A stretch of 32,000 nt of DNA. It comes from Zymomonas mobilis subsp. mobilis ATCC 10988 (GTDB lineage Bacteria; Pseudomonadota; Alphaproteobacteria; Sphingomonadales; Sphingomonadaceae). The stretch lies in the NCBI RefSeq assembly GCF_000175255.2, contig NC_017183.1, positions 284 through 32,283 on the forward strand. The letters run 5' to 3'. Under the pieces are notes generated by a model. That model did not search any database. It was not told where the DNA came from and was given only the letters and a program-made list of their open reading frames with translations. The first letter of the stretch is position 1. Every line of letters starts with the position of its first letter. Position numbers and translations under genes: made by a program. This document shows, piece by piece, positions 19,796 to 28,171 of this stretch.

Positions 19796-20409
19796 AACAA
19801 ATAAAAAAAACAAAAGAGCCTCAGTCCTTTTCTGAATGGAAGGCTAAAGCAAATTCTGATTGGAAACCTGCATGGGAAAATTTACAGAATCCTGAAAAAG
19901 TAGATATTTTAGAAAAGTTAATTGAAGATCAACATGGAATATGTTGTTATTGTGAAGCTAGAATCTCTGTAGAATCTGCACATATTGAACATATAGTTCC
20001 AAGGAGTATTGATATTAGAAAAAGGTTATCTTTTTCTAACCTTTTAGCATCTTGTCAAAAAGAAACTCAAAAAGGGGATCCTCTGACTTGCGGAAAATCT
20101 CGTGGCGATTGGTACGATAAAGATTTTTATTTGAATCCATGTGATGAGAATTCTCGAAAAGAAATTATCTACTTATTAGATGGAAATGTTACGGTACAAA
20201 ATAAAAATTTTAAAATTTTTATCGAAAAAATCAATTTAAATATTGAGTCAAAAAAAAGAGCACGTTCTAACGTTATAGATATTTTTACAGATTTAGATAC
20301 TAGCGATGCCCAAAAAATATTGGACGTTTGGCTCTCTGAAAAAGTATATCATCCTTATATAAGTGCAGCTCTCACTGCTGCTAAAGAGTTATGTGGAATT
20401 GAATACTGA
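19792..20409 (+). CDS. ptuB: HNH endonuclease, PtuB-like (TIGR02646-like)
   Basis: 205 aa: MKQIKKTKEPQSFSEWKAK..., GICCYCEARISVESAHIEHIVPRSIDIRKRLSFSNLLASCQ...CGKSRGDWYD. ATGA overlap with the ATPase. Confidence 0.8.
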   Translation: MKQIKKTKEPQSFSEWKAKANSDWKPAWENLQNPEKVDILEKLIEDQHGICCYCEARISVESAHIEHIVPRSIDIRKRLSFSNLLASCQKETQKGDPLTCGKSRGDWYDKDFYLNPCDENSRKEIIYLLDGNVTVQNKNFKIFIEKINLNIESKKRARSNVIDIFTDLDTSDAQKILDVWLSEKVYHPYISAALTAAKELCGIEY

Positions 20410-20542
20410 GAAATTTTTAACTTTCTAACACTACTAGATCGGAGAGATTTTACTTTGGCCATTTCCACTGGTCGTGTTGCCATAGAAAATAGAGGAAATA
20501 TTGGTGGTTATCTTTGTTCTTTCCAGACCTTAAAAAATTAAT

Positions 20543-20582
20543 ACGTAAATACGTATGTAGTTATCTACGTATTTACGTAATT
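20543..20582. repeat. Phased 8-bp box array 4
   Basis: 20543 ACGTAAAT, 20551 ACGTATGT, 20559 AGTTATCT, 20567 ACGTATTT, 20575 ACGTAATT. Also forms the perfect inverted repeat TACGTAAATACGTA / TACGTATTTACGTA. Confidence 0.8.
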
Positions 20583-20621
20583 TTATCCATATTATTCCCT
20601 TACTATTACTAGGCTCAGGAC

Positions 20622-21065
20622 TCATTCTTTGAGATAGAAGATGAAACTTGCTGCGATATGGATTGCTGACATGAATGTGTGAGCGCACCGGTCGTATCGT
20701 GTTGCGACACGCCGCCAGTCTTTGAGCTTTGCGAACATATTTTCGATGAGGTGACGTTTTTTATACAGATGCCAGTCGTAAGGCGGCTTTGATTTCCGGT
20801 TCTTCTTCGGCGGAATACAGGCGGTGATATTCCGGTCTGCGAGAGACTGTCTGATTTTATTACTGTCGTATCCCCGGTCCCCGAGAATTTCTTGTGTTTC
20901 TTCCGGCAGATTTGCCAGCAGAACATCCGCGCCTTTGAAGTCACTGACCTGACCTGCGGTCAGATGCAGCCGGACAGGGCGGCCCTGACTATCGCATACA
21001 GCGTGAAGCTTTGAGTTCAGTCCGCCTTTCGTGCGTCCGATATGGCGGGGAAAAGCCCCTTTTTG
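20622..21065 (-). CDS. IS5-family transposase orfB, probably expressed as an A-B frameshift product
   Basis: Shifted frame after AAAAAGGGG reads RHIGRTKGGLNSKLHA... and ends MSAIHIAASFIFYLKE*. Start is approximate because there is no obvious independent start. Confidence 0.7.
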   Translation of the reverse strand, partial: QKGAFPRHIGRTKGGLNSKLHAVCDSQGRPVRLHLTAGQVSDFKGADVLLANLPEETQEILGDRGYDSNKIRQSLADRNITACIPPKKNRKSKPPYDWHLYKKRHLIENMFAKLKDWRRVATRYDRCAHTFMSAIHIAASFIFYLKE

Positions 21066-21418
21066 AGCAGGGAGGCCGCTGTCCGGTGTGCTTTCAGATG
21101 TGTTGCATCGATCATCAGACGCTTTGAACGGCCTGCCTGCTCCGTCAGGGCGACGAAGATCCGGTCAAAGACACCCAGGCGGCTCCACCGGATAAACCGG
21201 TTGTATAAAGTCTTGTGCGGGCCATACGCTTTCGGGGCGTCTTTCCACTGAAGGCCGTTGCGGATCACGTAAACGATCCCGCTCAGGACACGACGGTCAT
21301 CGACACGCGGCACACCATGCGCCAGTGGAAAAAACGGCTTAATCCGTTCCATCTGGTGCTCAGACAGCAAAAACACGTCACTCACAGCTTCACCTCCATC
21401 GGTAAACCTGTGAATCAC
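21017..21418 (-). CDS. IS5-family transposase orfA
   Basis: MERIKPFFPLAHGVPRVDDRRVLSGIVYVIRNGLQWKDAPKAYGPHKTLYNRFIRWSRLGVFDRIFVALTEQAG. Confidence 0.88.
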   Translation of the reverse strand: MIHRFTDGGEAVSDVFLLSEHQMERIKPFFPLAHGVPRVDDRRVLSGIVYVIRNGLQWKDAPKAYGPHKTLYNRFIRWSRLGVFDRIFVALTEQAGRSKRLMIDATHLKAHRTAASLLKKGLFPAISDARKAD

Positions 21419-22037
21419 AACAGCCCGCTCAACTCAAGAAATTAACAGGTCCTGAGCCTAGATAAGCCAACTAGCTTAACGACAAGCCTTTGAACATTGG
21501 ATACGATCCCGCGACAACGAACTAACAAAACATTCCAGTGTTCTAACTCTGAAAGTTTTTATTCTGCTATCAAGCCAGACTGACTGGATAGATGACATCA
21601 AAATTGCTGATTAAATCAGAGTGTCCTTGGTCAAGAAATAGTGGTAAAATTATGTCTAATGTTGCCAAAAATCTCGAATTGACTTAAATGTGGAGTTCTG
21701 CGTTGAAATGCGTTGGGTGGAGAAGAATAATTTTATTAGATTATCTGCTTTATAGGCCTAAATACAGGCATTTATGACCTGTCTTGCGTCATATTCCGAT
21801 GCGTAAAAATCGGGGGGCAAATTTACCGCGGGTTTCGGCTGGCATCGAACGCAAAGGGTCTGAAAAAACATTTCTGAAATAATATTGCTAACGTTTCGTT
21901 AGACATTTTTGGGTAAATTTTAGACATAAAAAATCTGTCAGTTGTGCCTCACGCTTGATAAGCGAGGCAGATGCGTTACCTTCATACCATTCACATGATG
22001 GCGATCGAGATAATTAAAATAAAGGCTTTTTTGCAAT

Positions 22038-22085
22038 ACGTATAAACGCATATAGCTAAATACGTATTTAAATTGATAGCTACGC
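22038..22085. repeat. Phased 8-bp box array 5
   Basis: 22038 ACGTATAA, 22046 ACGCATAT, 22054 AGCTAAAT, 22062 ACGTATTT, 22070 AAATTGAT, 22078 AGCTACGC. Confidence 0.8.
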
Positions 22086-22106
22086 CCGACCGGAATGGTA
22101 TTTCTG

Positions 22107-23186
22107 ATGATTATCTTCACGCAAGGCAACCTACTAGAAGCTAAAGTCGAGGCTCTTGTTAATACCGTTAACACCGTCGGTGTGATGGGTAAGGGTATTG
22201 CGCTCATGTTTAAAGAGCGCTTCCACGAGAACTTTCGCCTGTATTCTGCTGCGTGTAAGGCTAAGGAAGTTCAAATCGGTAAGATGTTCGTTACTCCAGT
22301 CTATGAACTAGGGGAAACACGCTGGATTGTGAACTTTCCGACTAAACAGCATTGGCGTAATCCGTCACGAATAGAATGGATTATAAAAGGCTTACAGGAT
22401 CTACGGCGTGTCCTGCTCGAAAAGAATATAAAATCTATTGCTATTCCTCCTTTGGGTGCTGGCAATGGCGGGCTTTCATGGAAAGATGTTCGTGGACAGA
22501 TCGAGTTGGCCTTAAGTGATCTCGATATTGATATTTTTGTGTTTGAGCCGACTACCCAATACCAAAACGTGGCTAAGAGGACAGGCGTAGAAAAACTAAC
22601 GCCCGCCCGCGCGTTAATAGCTGAATTAGTCCGTCGATACTGGGTAATGAGTATAGAGTGTAGTTTGCTTGAAATTCAAAAGCTGGCTTGGTTTCTTCAG
22701 AGAGCTATTGAACAGTATTCTCCAGATAATAATCCACTGAATTTAGATTTTCAGCCACATAAATATGGTCCTTATACTCATCAGCTAAACCACTTGTTGA
22801 ATAATTTAGATGGGAGCTATCTTCATTCTGATAAACGTATCAGCGATAGCGACCCGCTGGATGTCATTTTATTTGTTGATAAGCGCAAAGACGATTTACA
22901 GGCTTATTTGAAAAGTGAGGCCAAGCCTTACAGGCAAGCATTAGAATCTGCCGCCATGCTTATTGATGGTTTTGAGTCCCCCTTTGGGATGGAGCTGCTG
23001 GCTACAGTTGACTGGCTGCTAACTCGCGAAAATATAGAACCTAATGTGTCAGCTTTACGTAAGGGATTGCGTTCTTGGCGAGGTGGTGCAGATGCGGCCT
23101 TGCGTAAAGATCGAATTTTTAATGACCGATCTTTGGGAATTGCCCTTGATCGCTTAACTAAAATCTCTACGCCTGTAATGGCGTAG
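22107..23186 (+). CDS. darG: DarG-like antitoxin (macrodomain DNA ADP-ribosyl glycohydrolase plus C-terminal domain)
   Basis: [61 protein letters not shown], and C-terminal [17 protein letters not shown]...[29 protein letters not shown]. Confidence 0.85.
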   Translation: MIIFTQGNLLEAKVEALVNTVNTVGVMGKGIALMFKERFHENFRLYSAACKAKEVQIGKMFVTPVYELGETRWIVNFPTKQHWRNPSRIEWIIKGLQDLRRVLLEKNIKSIAIPPLGAGNGGLSWKDVRGQIELALSDLDIDIFVFEPTTQYQNVAKRTGVEKLTPARALIAELVRRYWVMSIECSLLEIQKLAWFLQRAIEQYSPDNNPLNLDFQPHKYGPYTHQLNHLLNNLDGSYLHSDKRISDSDPLDVILFVDKRKDDLQAYLKSEAKPYRQALESAAMLIDGFESPFGMELLATVDWLLTRENIEPNVSALRKGLRSWRGGADAALRKDRIFNDRSLGIALDRLTKISTPVMA

Positions 23187-23297
23187 AGTGTCTTATCTCT
23201 TCTTTATTGAGGAAGCTATTAGGCCGAAATAGTCATCTGTTTTCAATTAGGTAATTATCCATAACGCCTAAAATAAAGGTTTTTTATAAATGGAGAT

Positions 23298-23361
23298 ACG
23301 TCTTAACGTATATAGCTAAATACGTATTTAAGTTAATAGCTATATTTGTATTTACGTATTA
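23298..23361. repeat. Phased 8-bp box array 6
   Basis: 23298 ACGTCTTA, 23306 ACGTATAT, 23314 AGCTAAAT, 23322 ACGTATTT, 23330 AAGTTAAT, 23338 AGCTATAT, 23354 ACGTATTA. Confidence 0.8.
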
Positions 23362-23500
23362 TGTAGCCTGATGCTACTTATATGATATTCGGTTAGCTGG
23401 GAGAGATAATGTAAAGATACAGCCCGTTATTAACAGAAGGTTGAATGCCAATTTCACAGGAATTGCAGCGGTTAGAAAGAAAAGGGCTTTTGGTTCTTAA

Positions 23501-23764
23501 TTAAAAGAAATCGGGTGGAGGTGCCGGTGCCGGAACAGCATTTGCGTCGAATGCGAACAAGGCAAATTGCAACCAAGAGGGTTCTCGTTTTACTATCCCA
23601 TTTTCAAAGCGAGAAATCGATTGTTGTGTAGTGGTGAAAATAGCACCTCGCTTTTCAGCTTCCTTAGAAACCATATCGGCTAGCTTTTGCGCACTCCATC
23701 CCCTTTTTATCCGAGACGCTCGAACAAACTCGCGGAGCTTATCTAAATCCGTTAAGTTATCCAT
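23501..23764 (-). CDS. XRE-like helix-turn-helix protein, short paralogue
   Basis: 87 aa: LREFVRASRIKRGWSAQKLADMVSKEAEKRGAIFTTTQQSISRFENGIVKREPSWLQFALFAF. Confidence 0.7.
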   Translation of the reverse strand: MDNLTDLDKLREFVRASRIKRGWSAQKLADMVSKEAEKRGAIFTTTQQSISRFENGIVKREPSWLQFALFAFDANAVPAPAPPPDFF

Positions 23765-23769
23765 CTGGC

Positions 23770-24276
23770 CTATTCGTTGTAAAGCAAAGGGTGAGATAAC
23801 GCGACTGGGAATTTTTTTGCCAGTGAAGATGCAATATTTTGTTTAAGTGACCATGAGTCACTAAAGTCTACATCCAAAGGAACTAATAAACTCAAAAACA
23901 AGTTTTTGAGTTTATCTTCGCTTGGAAGAATTTCTTTATAGATAATTTTTTTATTATCATCTTCTGATATTGTATCAGTCGAAAATTTCGGTTCTTCTTC
24001 TTTTGTGAAAGAAGGTTTAGATACTACAAAATCTGTTAGTTTAGCCTGCTCCAACAAAGCTGCTTTTACATAATTCAGCCACAGAGGTATCGACTTTATT
24101 TTTCCATTTTCAAACAAGGAAATAGATTGCTGTTGTAAATTTAGTTTAACGCCATGACGTGCAGCCACCTGTTTTGCTTCGTCAGCTAACTTTGCTGCCG
24201 TCCAGTTTATACGTTTACGCTCATTTCTTATCCATGTGCGTATTTCGTCTATTTTTGAGATACTGGTCTGCGTCAT
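23770..24276 (-). CDS. XRE-like helix-turn-helix protein with extra C-terminal domain
   Basis: 168 aa: IRTWIRNERKRINWTAAKLADEAKQVAARHGVKLNLQQQSISLFENGKIKSIPLWLNYVKAAL. C-terminal DKLKNLFLSLLVPLDVDFSD...KQNIASSLAKKFP. Confidence 0.7.
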   Translation of the reverse strand: MTQTSISKIDEIRTWIRNERKRINWTAAKLADEAKQVAARHGVKLNLQQQSISLFENGKIKSIPLWLNYVKAALLEQAKLTDFVVSKPSFTKEEEPKFSTDTISEDDNKKIIYKEILPSEDKLKNLFLSLLVPLDVDFSDSWSLKQNIASSLAKKFPVALSHPLLYNE

Positions 24277-24301
24277 AATATCTATTTATACCAAAAAGAT
24301 A

Positions 24302-24751
24302 TTACTGAAACAAACTTATCTGTTCCAAGCCTTTCGGAAGACGTTGCGCTAAAATACTGGCAATTTTTCGTTTTAATTGGGGTGTTATATCTTCCTCTAC
24401 TGGAGTTAAAAGACCCAGAAACAATTTTTTAAGATCTTTTTCTTCCGGAAGGCCGACATTTTTTGATGCATTACATTTTGTTAAGGTAATGGAGTTCATC
24501 GTCGGAGAGATAGGGTTATTCTCAAATGCAGCCATTACATAAGGCATCCATGACGGAATGCTCTTAATTTGCCCAAGTTCAAAGGCAGAAATGGATTGCT
24601 GCTTAAGGTTACTTTCGACGTTTCTTTGTTTTGCAGCCATACGCGCTTCTTCAGCGAGTTTTGTTCGACTCCAGCCTCGTAGCTGTCGTTCTTCAAAAAT
24701 CCACTTACGGAATTTTTCAACAGTTCTCAATTTTGAAGATGCTTCATTCAT
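24302..24751 (-). CDS. XRE-like helix-turn-helix protein with the same C-terminal domain
   Basis: 149 aa: FRKWIFEERQLRGWSRTKLAEEARMAAKQRNVESNLKQQSISAFELGQIKSIPSWMPYVMAAF. C-terminal DLKKLFLGLLTPVEEDITPQLKRKIASILAQRLP. Confidence 0.7.
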   Translation of the reverse strand: MNEASSKLRTVEKFRKWIFEERQLRGWSRTKLAEEARMAAKQRNVESNLKQQSISAFELGQIKSIPSWMPYVMAAFENNPISPTMNSITLTKCNASKNVGLPEEKDLKKLFLGLLTPVEEDITPQLKRKIASILAQRLPKGLEQISLFQ

Positions 24752-25031
24752 GCAGCGATTCTACAATTGAATCAGATCTCAAACACCTGAAAAACAATTG
24801 CATAATTTTTTATAAAACTGAAAAATGATTTTTTTATATTGCAAAAAATTGCAAATCATAATATCCACAATAAAATGCAATTTTTTGGATTCGATTTAAC
24901 TATGTTTCTATCTTTAGAGAATTTCTTTCGGCAAGAGTCAATCAAAAATTTGACTGTGGTTTAGGTAAAAAGAAAAAAATCACAATTTTTTGTTGGTTAG
25001 ATACAATTATATACTCAAAAAGGTAGATAAA

Positions 25032-25253
25032 ATGATGGCAAACGAAGGTAAAGATATAAAGCCATCTACCATAATTCTATTTTGCCAACAGTTTGATTTG
25101 AAAAACAATAATCACGATTATTGTTCTCAATTAATAGGCCGTCAATCTCTAAAAATCTTTTTTAAATCTAGCACTAACAAGACAGCCATAGCTTGTCTTT
25201 CATTGGGGCGGCCAGTTTCCCTTCGGGTGAAGAGTAAGATCAATGACAATTAA
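25032..25253 (+). CDS. Hypothetical small protein (73 aa)
   Basis: ATG start MMANEGKDIKPSTIILFCQQFDLK..., overlapping the next ORF. Product unknown. Confidence 0.4.
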   Translation: MMANEGKDIKPSTIILFCQQFDLKNNNHDYCSQLIGRQSLKIFFKSSTNKTAIACLSLGRPVSLRVKSKINDN

Positions 25254-25560
25254 AACAGCCGAAAATATGCCCTCCTTAATTGATGGCGAGATCAGCACAT
25301 TCAAGCAGAAGATTAGCAATGCCATGTATCTTTATATGGGGCAGATGGAATGCGGTCTTCGCCTGTTGATGGATCGCTTGGAAGGTATTCGTCGGGCAGA
25401 AGAGACCCGCTCTTATGCTTTACTGGAAAATGTCTCAAAAGATGAATTAATAAGATTTAATACTGAAATATTAAGTCTTATCGAGGTGATTAAACGTTCG
25501 GCAACTACGGCCAATGAGGGCTTGAACGGCTTTATCCAAAACTTTGGTTCGTCTTTATGA
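25243..25560 (+). CDS. Hypothetical small protein (105 aa) in the replication cluster
   Basis: MTIKTAENMPSLIDGEISTFKQKISNAMYLYMGQMECGLRLLMDRLEGIRRAEETRSY..., overlapping the upstream ORF. Confidence 0.5.
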   Translation: MTIKTAENMPSLIDGEISTFKQKISNAMYLYMGQMECGLRLLMDRLEGIRRAEETRSYALLENVSKDELIRFNTEILSLIEVIKRSATTANEGLNGFIQNFGSSL

Positions 25561-25684
25561 CCCATTGTTTTTTCAGCCTTTCCTATTTGGAAAAGACCTG
25601 TTCTGTTTCCGTCAGTTCTAACCTTGGGCTTCAGACCGAGGCCTATTCGGCACCCCCTCATCTTCTCATTGGAGAGACCGTCTT

Positions 25685-25936
25685 ATGAGTTCTATTCATG
25701 CGACCGAAGAGCTGACTGAAAAGCTCCAATCCATTATCCGTCTTGAAGAAGAAAAGGCGCGTTTGGATGGCCAGATTGCCGAAGCCTATCGTGATCTGAA
25801 AGGCCAGAAATACGACATCAAGAAGGCCAAGCTTGCGGTCAGCCGTTCGCGGAAAGGTCATCCTGAAAACTCTATTCGTATTCTGATCAACCAGATCGTC
25901 AATGATCGGGCGATGAGCCGGAAGCTTGTCCCGTGA
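25685..25936 (+). CDS. Small coiled-coil, GapR/DUF2312-like protein (tentative)
   Basis: 83 aa: EELTEKLQSIIRLEEEKARLDGQIAEAYRDLKGQKYDIKKAKLAVSRSRKG resembles the GapR pattern ...RLEEEKxxLxxDIxEVYxEAKxxGFDxKxxR. Confidence 0.45.
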   Translation: MSSIHATEELTEKLQSIIRLEEEKARLDGQIAEAYRDLKGQKYDIKKAKLAVSRSRKGHPENSIRILINQIVNDRAMSRKLVP

Positions 25937-26042
25937 TCAGAACCGGCGCAGCCTCTTCCCTTTTATCTATTTCAAATTCAGGCCTGCCACAGCGGAGAAT
26001 CTTCGCTGTGGCTTTTTTGCGTCCAAGACCGGAGCCCGCACA

Positions 26043-27800
26043 ATGACCGCCTCTTCTTCTTCATCATCTCATTTCGTGGCGTCGTCTCCTATGGCTCCTT
26101 CACTTAATGCCGATCTGTCCTCTTCTGTGAACCTGTCGGACACCTCTCTTTTTTCTCCAAAGCCTGATCTCGCGCCTGCCCCATTATCCGCTGAGTTGTC
26201 TTCTATGTCGCCTAACCTTGTATCGCCTTTGGAAGCTGCTGACTTATCCTTAGCAATCTCCGCTTCGTCTTCGCCATCCTTGGCTTCTCCATTACGTGCT
26301 ACCATCTTACCAGATTCTTCTACAGCTCCATTACCTTCATCTCCCTCCTCTCTGTCTTTTAAAGGTAGCCCTTTTGTGGACAGGTTAGGCCGTTTCAAGC
26401 GCGGCACTTATCGTTCAATGCTGATGCAGACGGGAATGTCCTACGACCATGCAAAAGACATGGCTGATCTTGCTGCTGAGGAATTTAAAAACGCCAAGAA
26501 AAGGGAGCCTATCGGTGCGACATATGACCACCAATCATCTTCCTTGGCCAATAACGTCGCCCCCGAAATTACGGCCTCAAATACCAATAGTGAGGTTACA
26601 GCCTCCGCATCAGATTTCGACGAAATCGAATATTTTGATCAGATGGTATCAAACGGCGTTGATCCTGAAACCGCTGCCGATATTGCCCGTAAAACAGCTA
26701 TTGCCAGACGTAGAGACCCTCTCGAACGATCCACCCGCTATAAAATCCGCCGTCGGACTCCTGATCCGGTGCATCGGGATTCTTATGAGGTGGGCGAACG
26801 TGAGAAGTCGGTCTGGAAGCCGGTCAATCCGCAAGAGATCGGTGCCTATCTGGAAGCGGTCGATCAATATTCGATCAAAACTAAGGGCTTAAGCGATAAG
26901 GCCGTTCGCCTTCTAAAGATGCTGTTTCGGATGGTCGACTTTAAAACTGGCCGTCTGGAACCGACCCTTGATACTATTTGCGATAGTGTTGGCTATGCCC
27001 GTGCGACGGTCGTCAAATTGCTGCGACAGCTACAGGATTTAGGCTTCATCCGCTGGATACGCCGATCAATTAAGATCAAGGCGGACGGCAAAGGCCCCCG
27101 CCGCAAGCAGACCAGTAATGCCTACGGCTTCTTGTCTCCCAAGTCTTGGCCAGAGTTGGCCAGACAGGTTTTCGAGCGTGTCATGCGTCGGAGGAATACG
27201 CCTGTTCCTGATGATATTGACCACGCCCAAGAGGCGGATAAAGCTGAAACCAAAGCCATAATTGAAAACCTTCCCCCTGTTGAATTCATGAAAGAAATAT
27301 CGGGGGCAAAAGCGCCTAATGCGCTCACAGATTCATTGATACAGTTAGCTAAATCTATCGAGCGGGCAGACCAACTGGAACAAGAAAAACAGGCTAAGAA
27401 GGCAGCACAGGCCGATCAGGAAAAGGTTAAAACATCTTCCAAAACCTCCAAGGAGGATACCTCAAAAAAGCCCCAAATTTCGGACAATCAACGCGAGTTC
27501 AATTCTTATACTCTATCCTGTTATAATTATTTAAATAATACCGGCGCTAAAAAATTTGAAACGACAGAAGAAAATAAAGACTGTCTCGCGCCTGCGTTAG
27601 CAGGAGCGACAGGCGTTATTTTAGACACGAAACCTGAACCTGACCGCTTCACAAAAGAACTTAATACCCTGAACCTCCGGCCTGATCAGGTAGCAACCAT
27701 CATTCAACACAGGAACAAGCGGAGGGAACAGCGCATGATGCCCCTTTCACCAAAAGATATCGCCGACCTCCTCATTAAAACAAGACAGATGCGCCCATGA
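26043..27800 (+). CDS. Probable plasmid replication initiator, helix-turn-helix domain protein
   Basis: The listed ORF starts at 25926 but ATG 26043 (MTASSSSSS) looks more likely. Core: WKPVNPQEIGAYLEAVDQYSIKTKGLSDKAVRLLKMLFRMVDFKTGRLEPTLDTICDSVGYARATVVKLLRQLQDLGFIRWIRRSIKI. Role inferred from the HTH fold and plasmid context. Confidence 0.6.
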   Translation: MTASSSSSSHFVASSPMAPSLNADLSSSVNLSDTSLFSPKPDLAPAPLSAELSSMSPNLVSPLEAADLSLAISASSSPSLASPLRATILPDSSTAPLPSSPSSLSFKGSPFVDRLGRFKRGTYRSMLMQTGMSYDHAKDMADLAAEEFKNAKKREPIGATYDHQSSSLANNVAPEITASNTNSEVTASASDFDEIEYFDQMVSNGVDPETAADIARKTAIARRRDPLERSTRYKIRRRTPDPVHRDSYEVGEREKSVWKPVNPQEIGAYLEAVDQYSIKTKGLSDKAVRLLKMLFRMVDFKTGRLEPTLDTICDSVGYARATVVKLLRQLQDLGFIRWIRRSIKIKADGKGPRRKQTSNAYGFLSPKSWPELARQVFERVMRRRNTPVPDDIDHAQEADKAETKAIIENLPPVEFMKEISGAKAPNALTDSLIQLAKSIERADQLEQEKQAKKAAQADQEKVKTSSKTSKEDTSKKPQISDNQREFNSYTLSCYNYLNNTGAKKFETTEENKDCLAPALAGATGVILDTKPEPDRFTKELNTLNLRPDQVATIIQHRNKRREQRMMPLSPKDIADLLIKTRQMRP

Positions 27801-27925
27801 CCCTGTCAGCTATCATTCTGACAGATCACCGTCTATTTATTCCTCCGGTGCTGTTCGCTTCGCTCACAGGCTTGGCGAGAAAGGAATTTGCCTTTCAGTA
27901 GAGCTATCTAATTTCTAAAAATTCG

Positions 27926-27939
27926 CATTATCGATAATG
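27926..27939. promoter_or_regulatory. 14-bp palindrome CATTATCGATAATG upstream of hicAB, candidate operator
   Basis: Perfect palindrome 74 bp upstream of the hicA ATG in an AT-rich intergenic region. Confidence 0.35.
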
Positions 27940-28012
27940 TAATAAAAAGCTAATTTTTAAAAACCAAATTATAGCGATTACATCAAATCTATGAATGTGT
28001 ATAATACATAAT

Positions 28013-28162
28013 ATGAAAAGTCGTGATTTGATCAAAGAAGTTGAAAAAGCAGGATGGATACTCGACCGAACACGTGGCTCTCATCATATCACGATACCAC
28101 ATCCTAAAAAGGAACTTGGTGTTGGGCTTGTTCGGGCTATCCGTAAGCAAGCCGGATTGTAG
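28013..28162 (+). CDS. hicA: HicA-family toxin, unusually short (49 aa)
   Basis: Translated manually: MKSRDLIKEVEKAGWILDRTRGSHHITIPHPKKELGVGLVRAIRKQAGL. HicA hallmarks GSHH, PHPKKEL and IRKQAGL. Absent from the supplied ORF list because of its size. Confidence 0.82.
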   Translation: MKSRDLIKEVEKAGWILDRTRGSHHITIPHPKKELGVGLVRAIRKQAGL

Positions 28163-28171
28163 GAGAAGTTT

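Larger units (their letters stand above)
20609..21461 (-). mobile_element. IS5-family insertion sequence, two-ORF transposase
   Basis: Terminal inverted repeats CTAGGCTCAGGAC (20609..20621) / GTCCTGAGCCTAG (21449..21461). Encodes orfA and orfB on the minus strand. Confidence 0.88.

Noticed and set aside
21900-22010. Inverted repeats CTAACG-TTT-CGTTAG and GCCTC..GCTT/AAGC.GAGGC as a possible oriT
   Set aside because: No relaxase gene in the window and no recognised nic motif; the imperfect hairpins alone are insufficient.
21938-22207. 89-aa minus-strand ORF upstream of darG, considered as a DarT remnant
   Set aside because: Opposite strand, overlaps the darG start and has no DarT-like motifs.
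26069-26892. ORFs on alternate frames within the putative rep gene
   Set aside because: Embedded in the Ser/Pro-rich region and HTH-coding part of a longer ORF; best explained as frame shadows.
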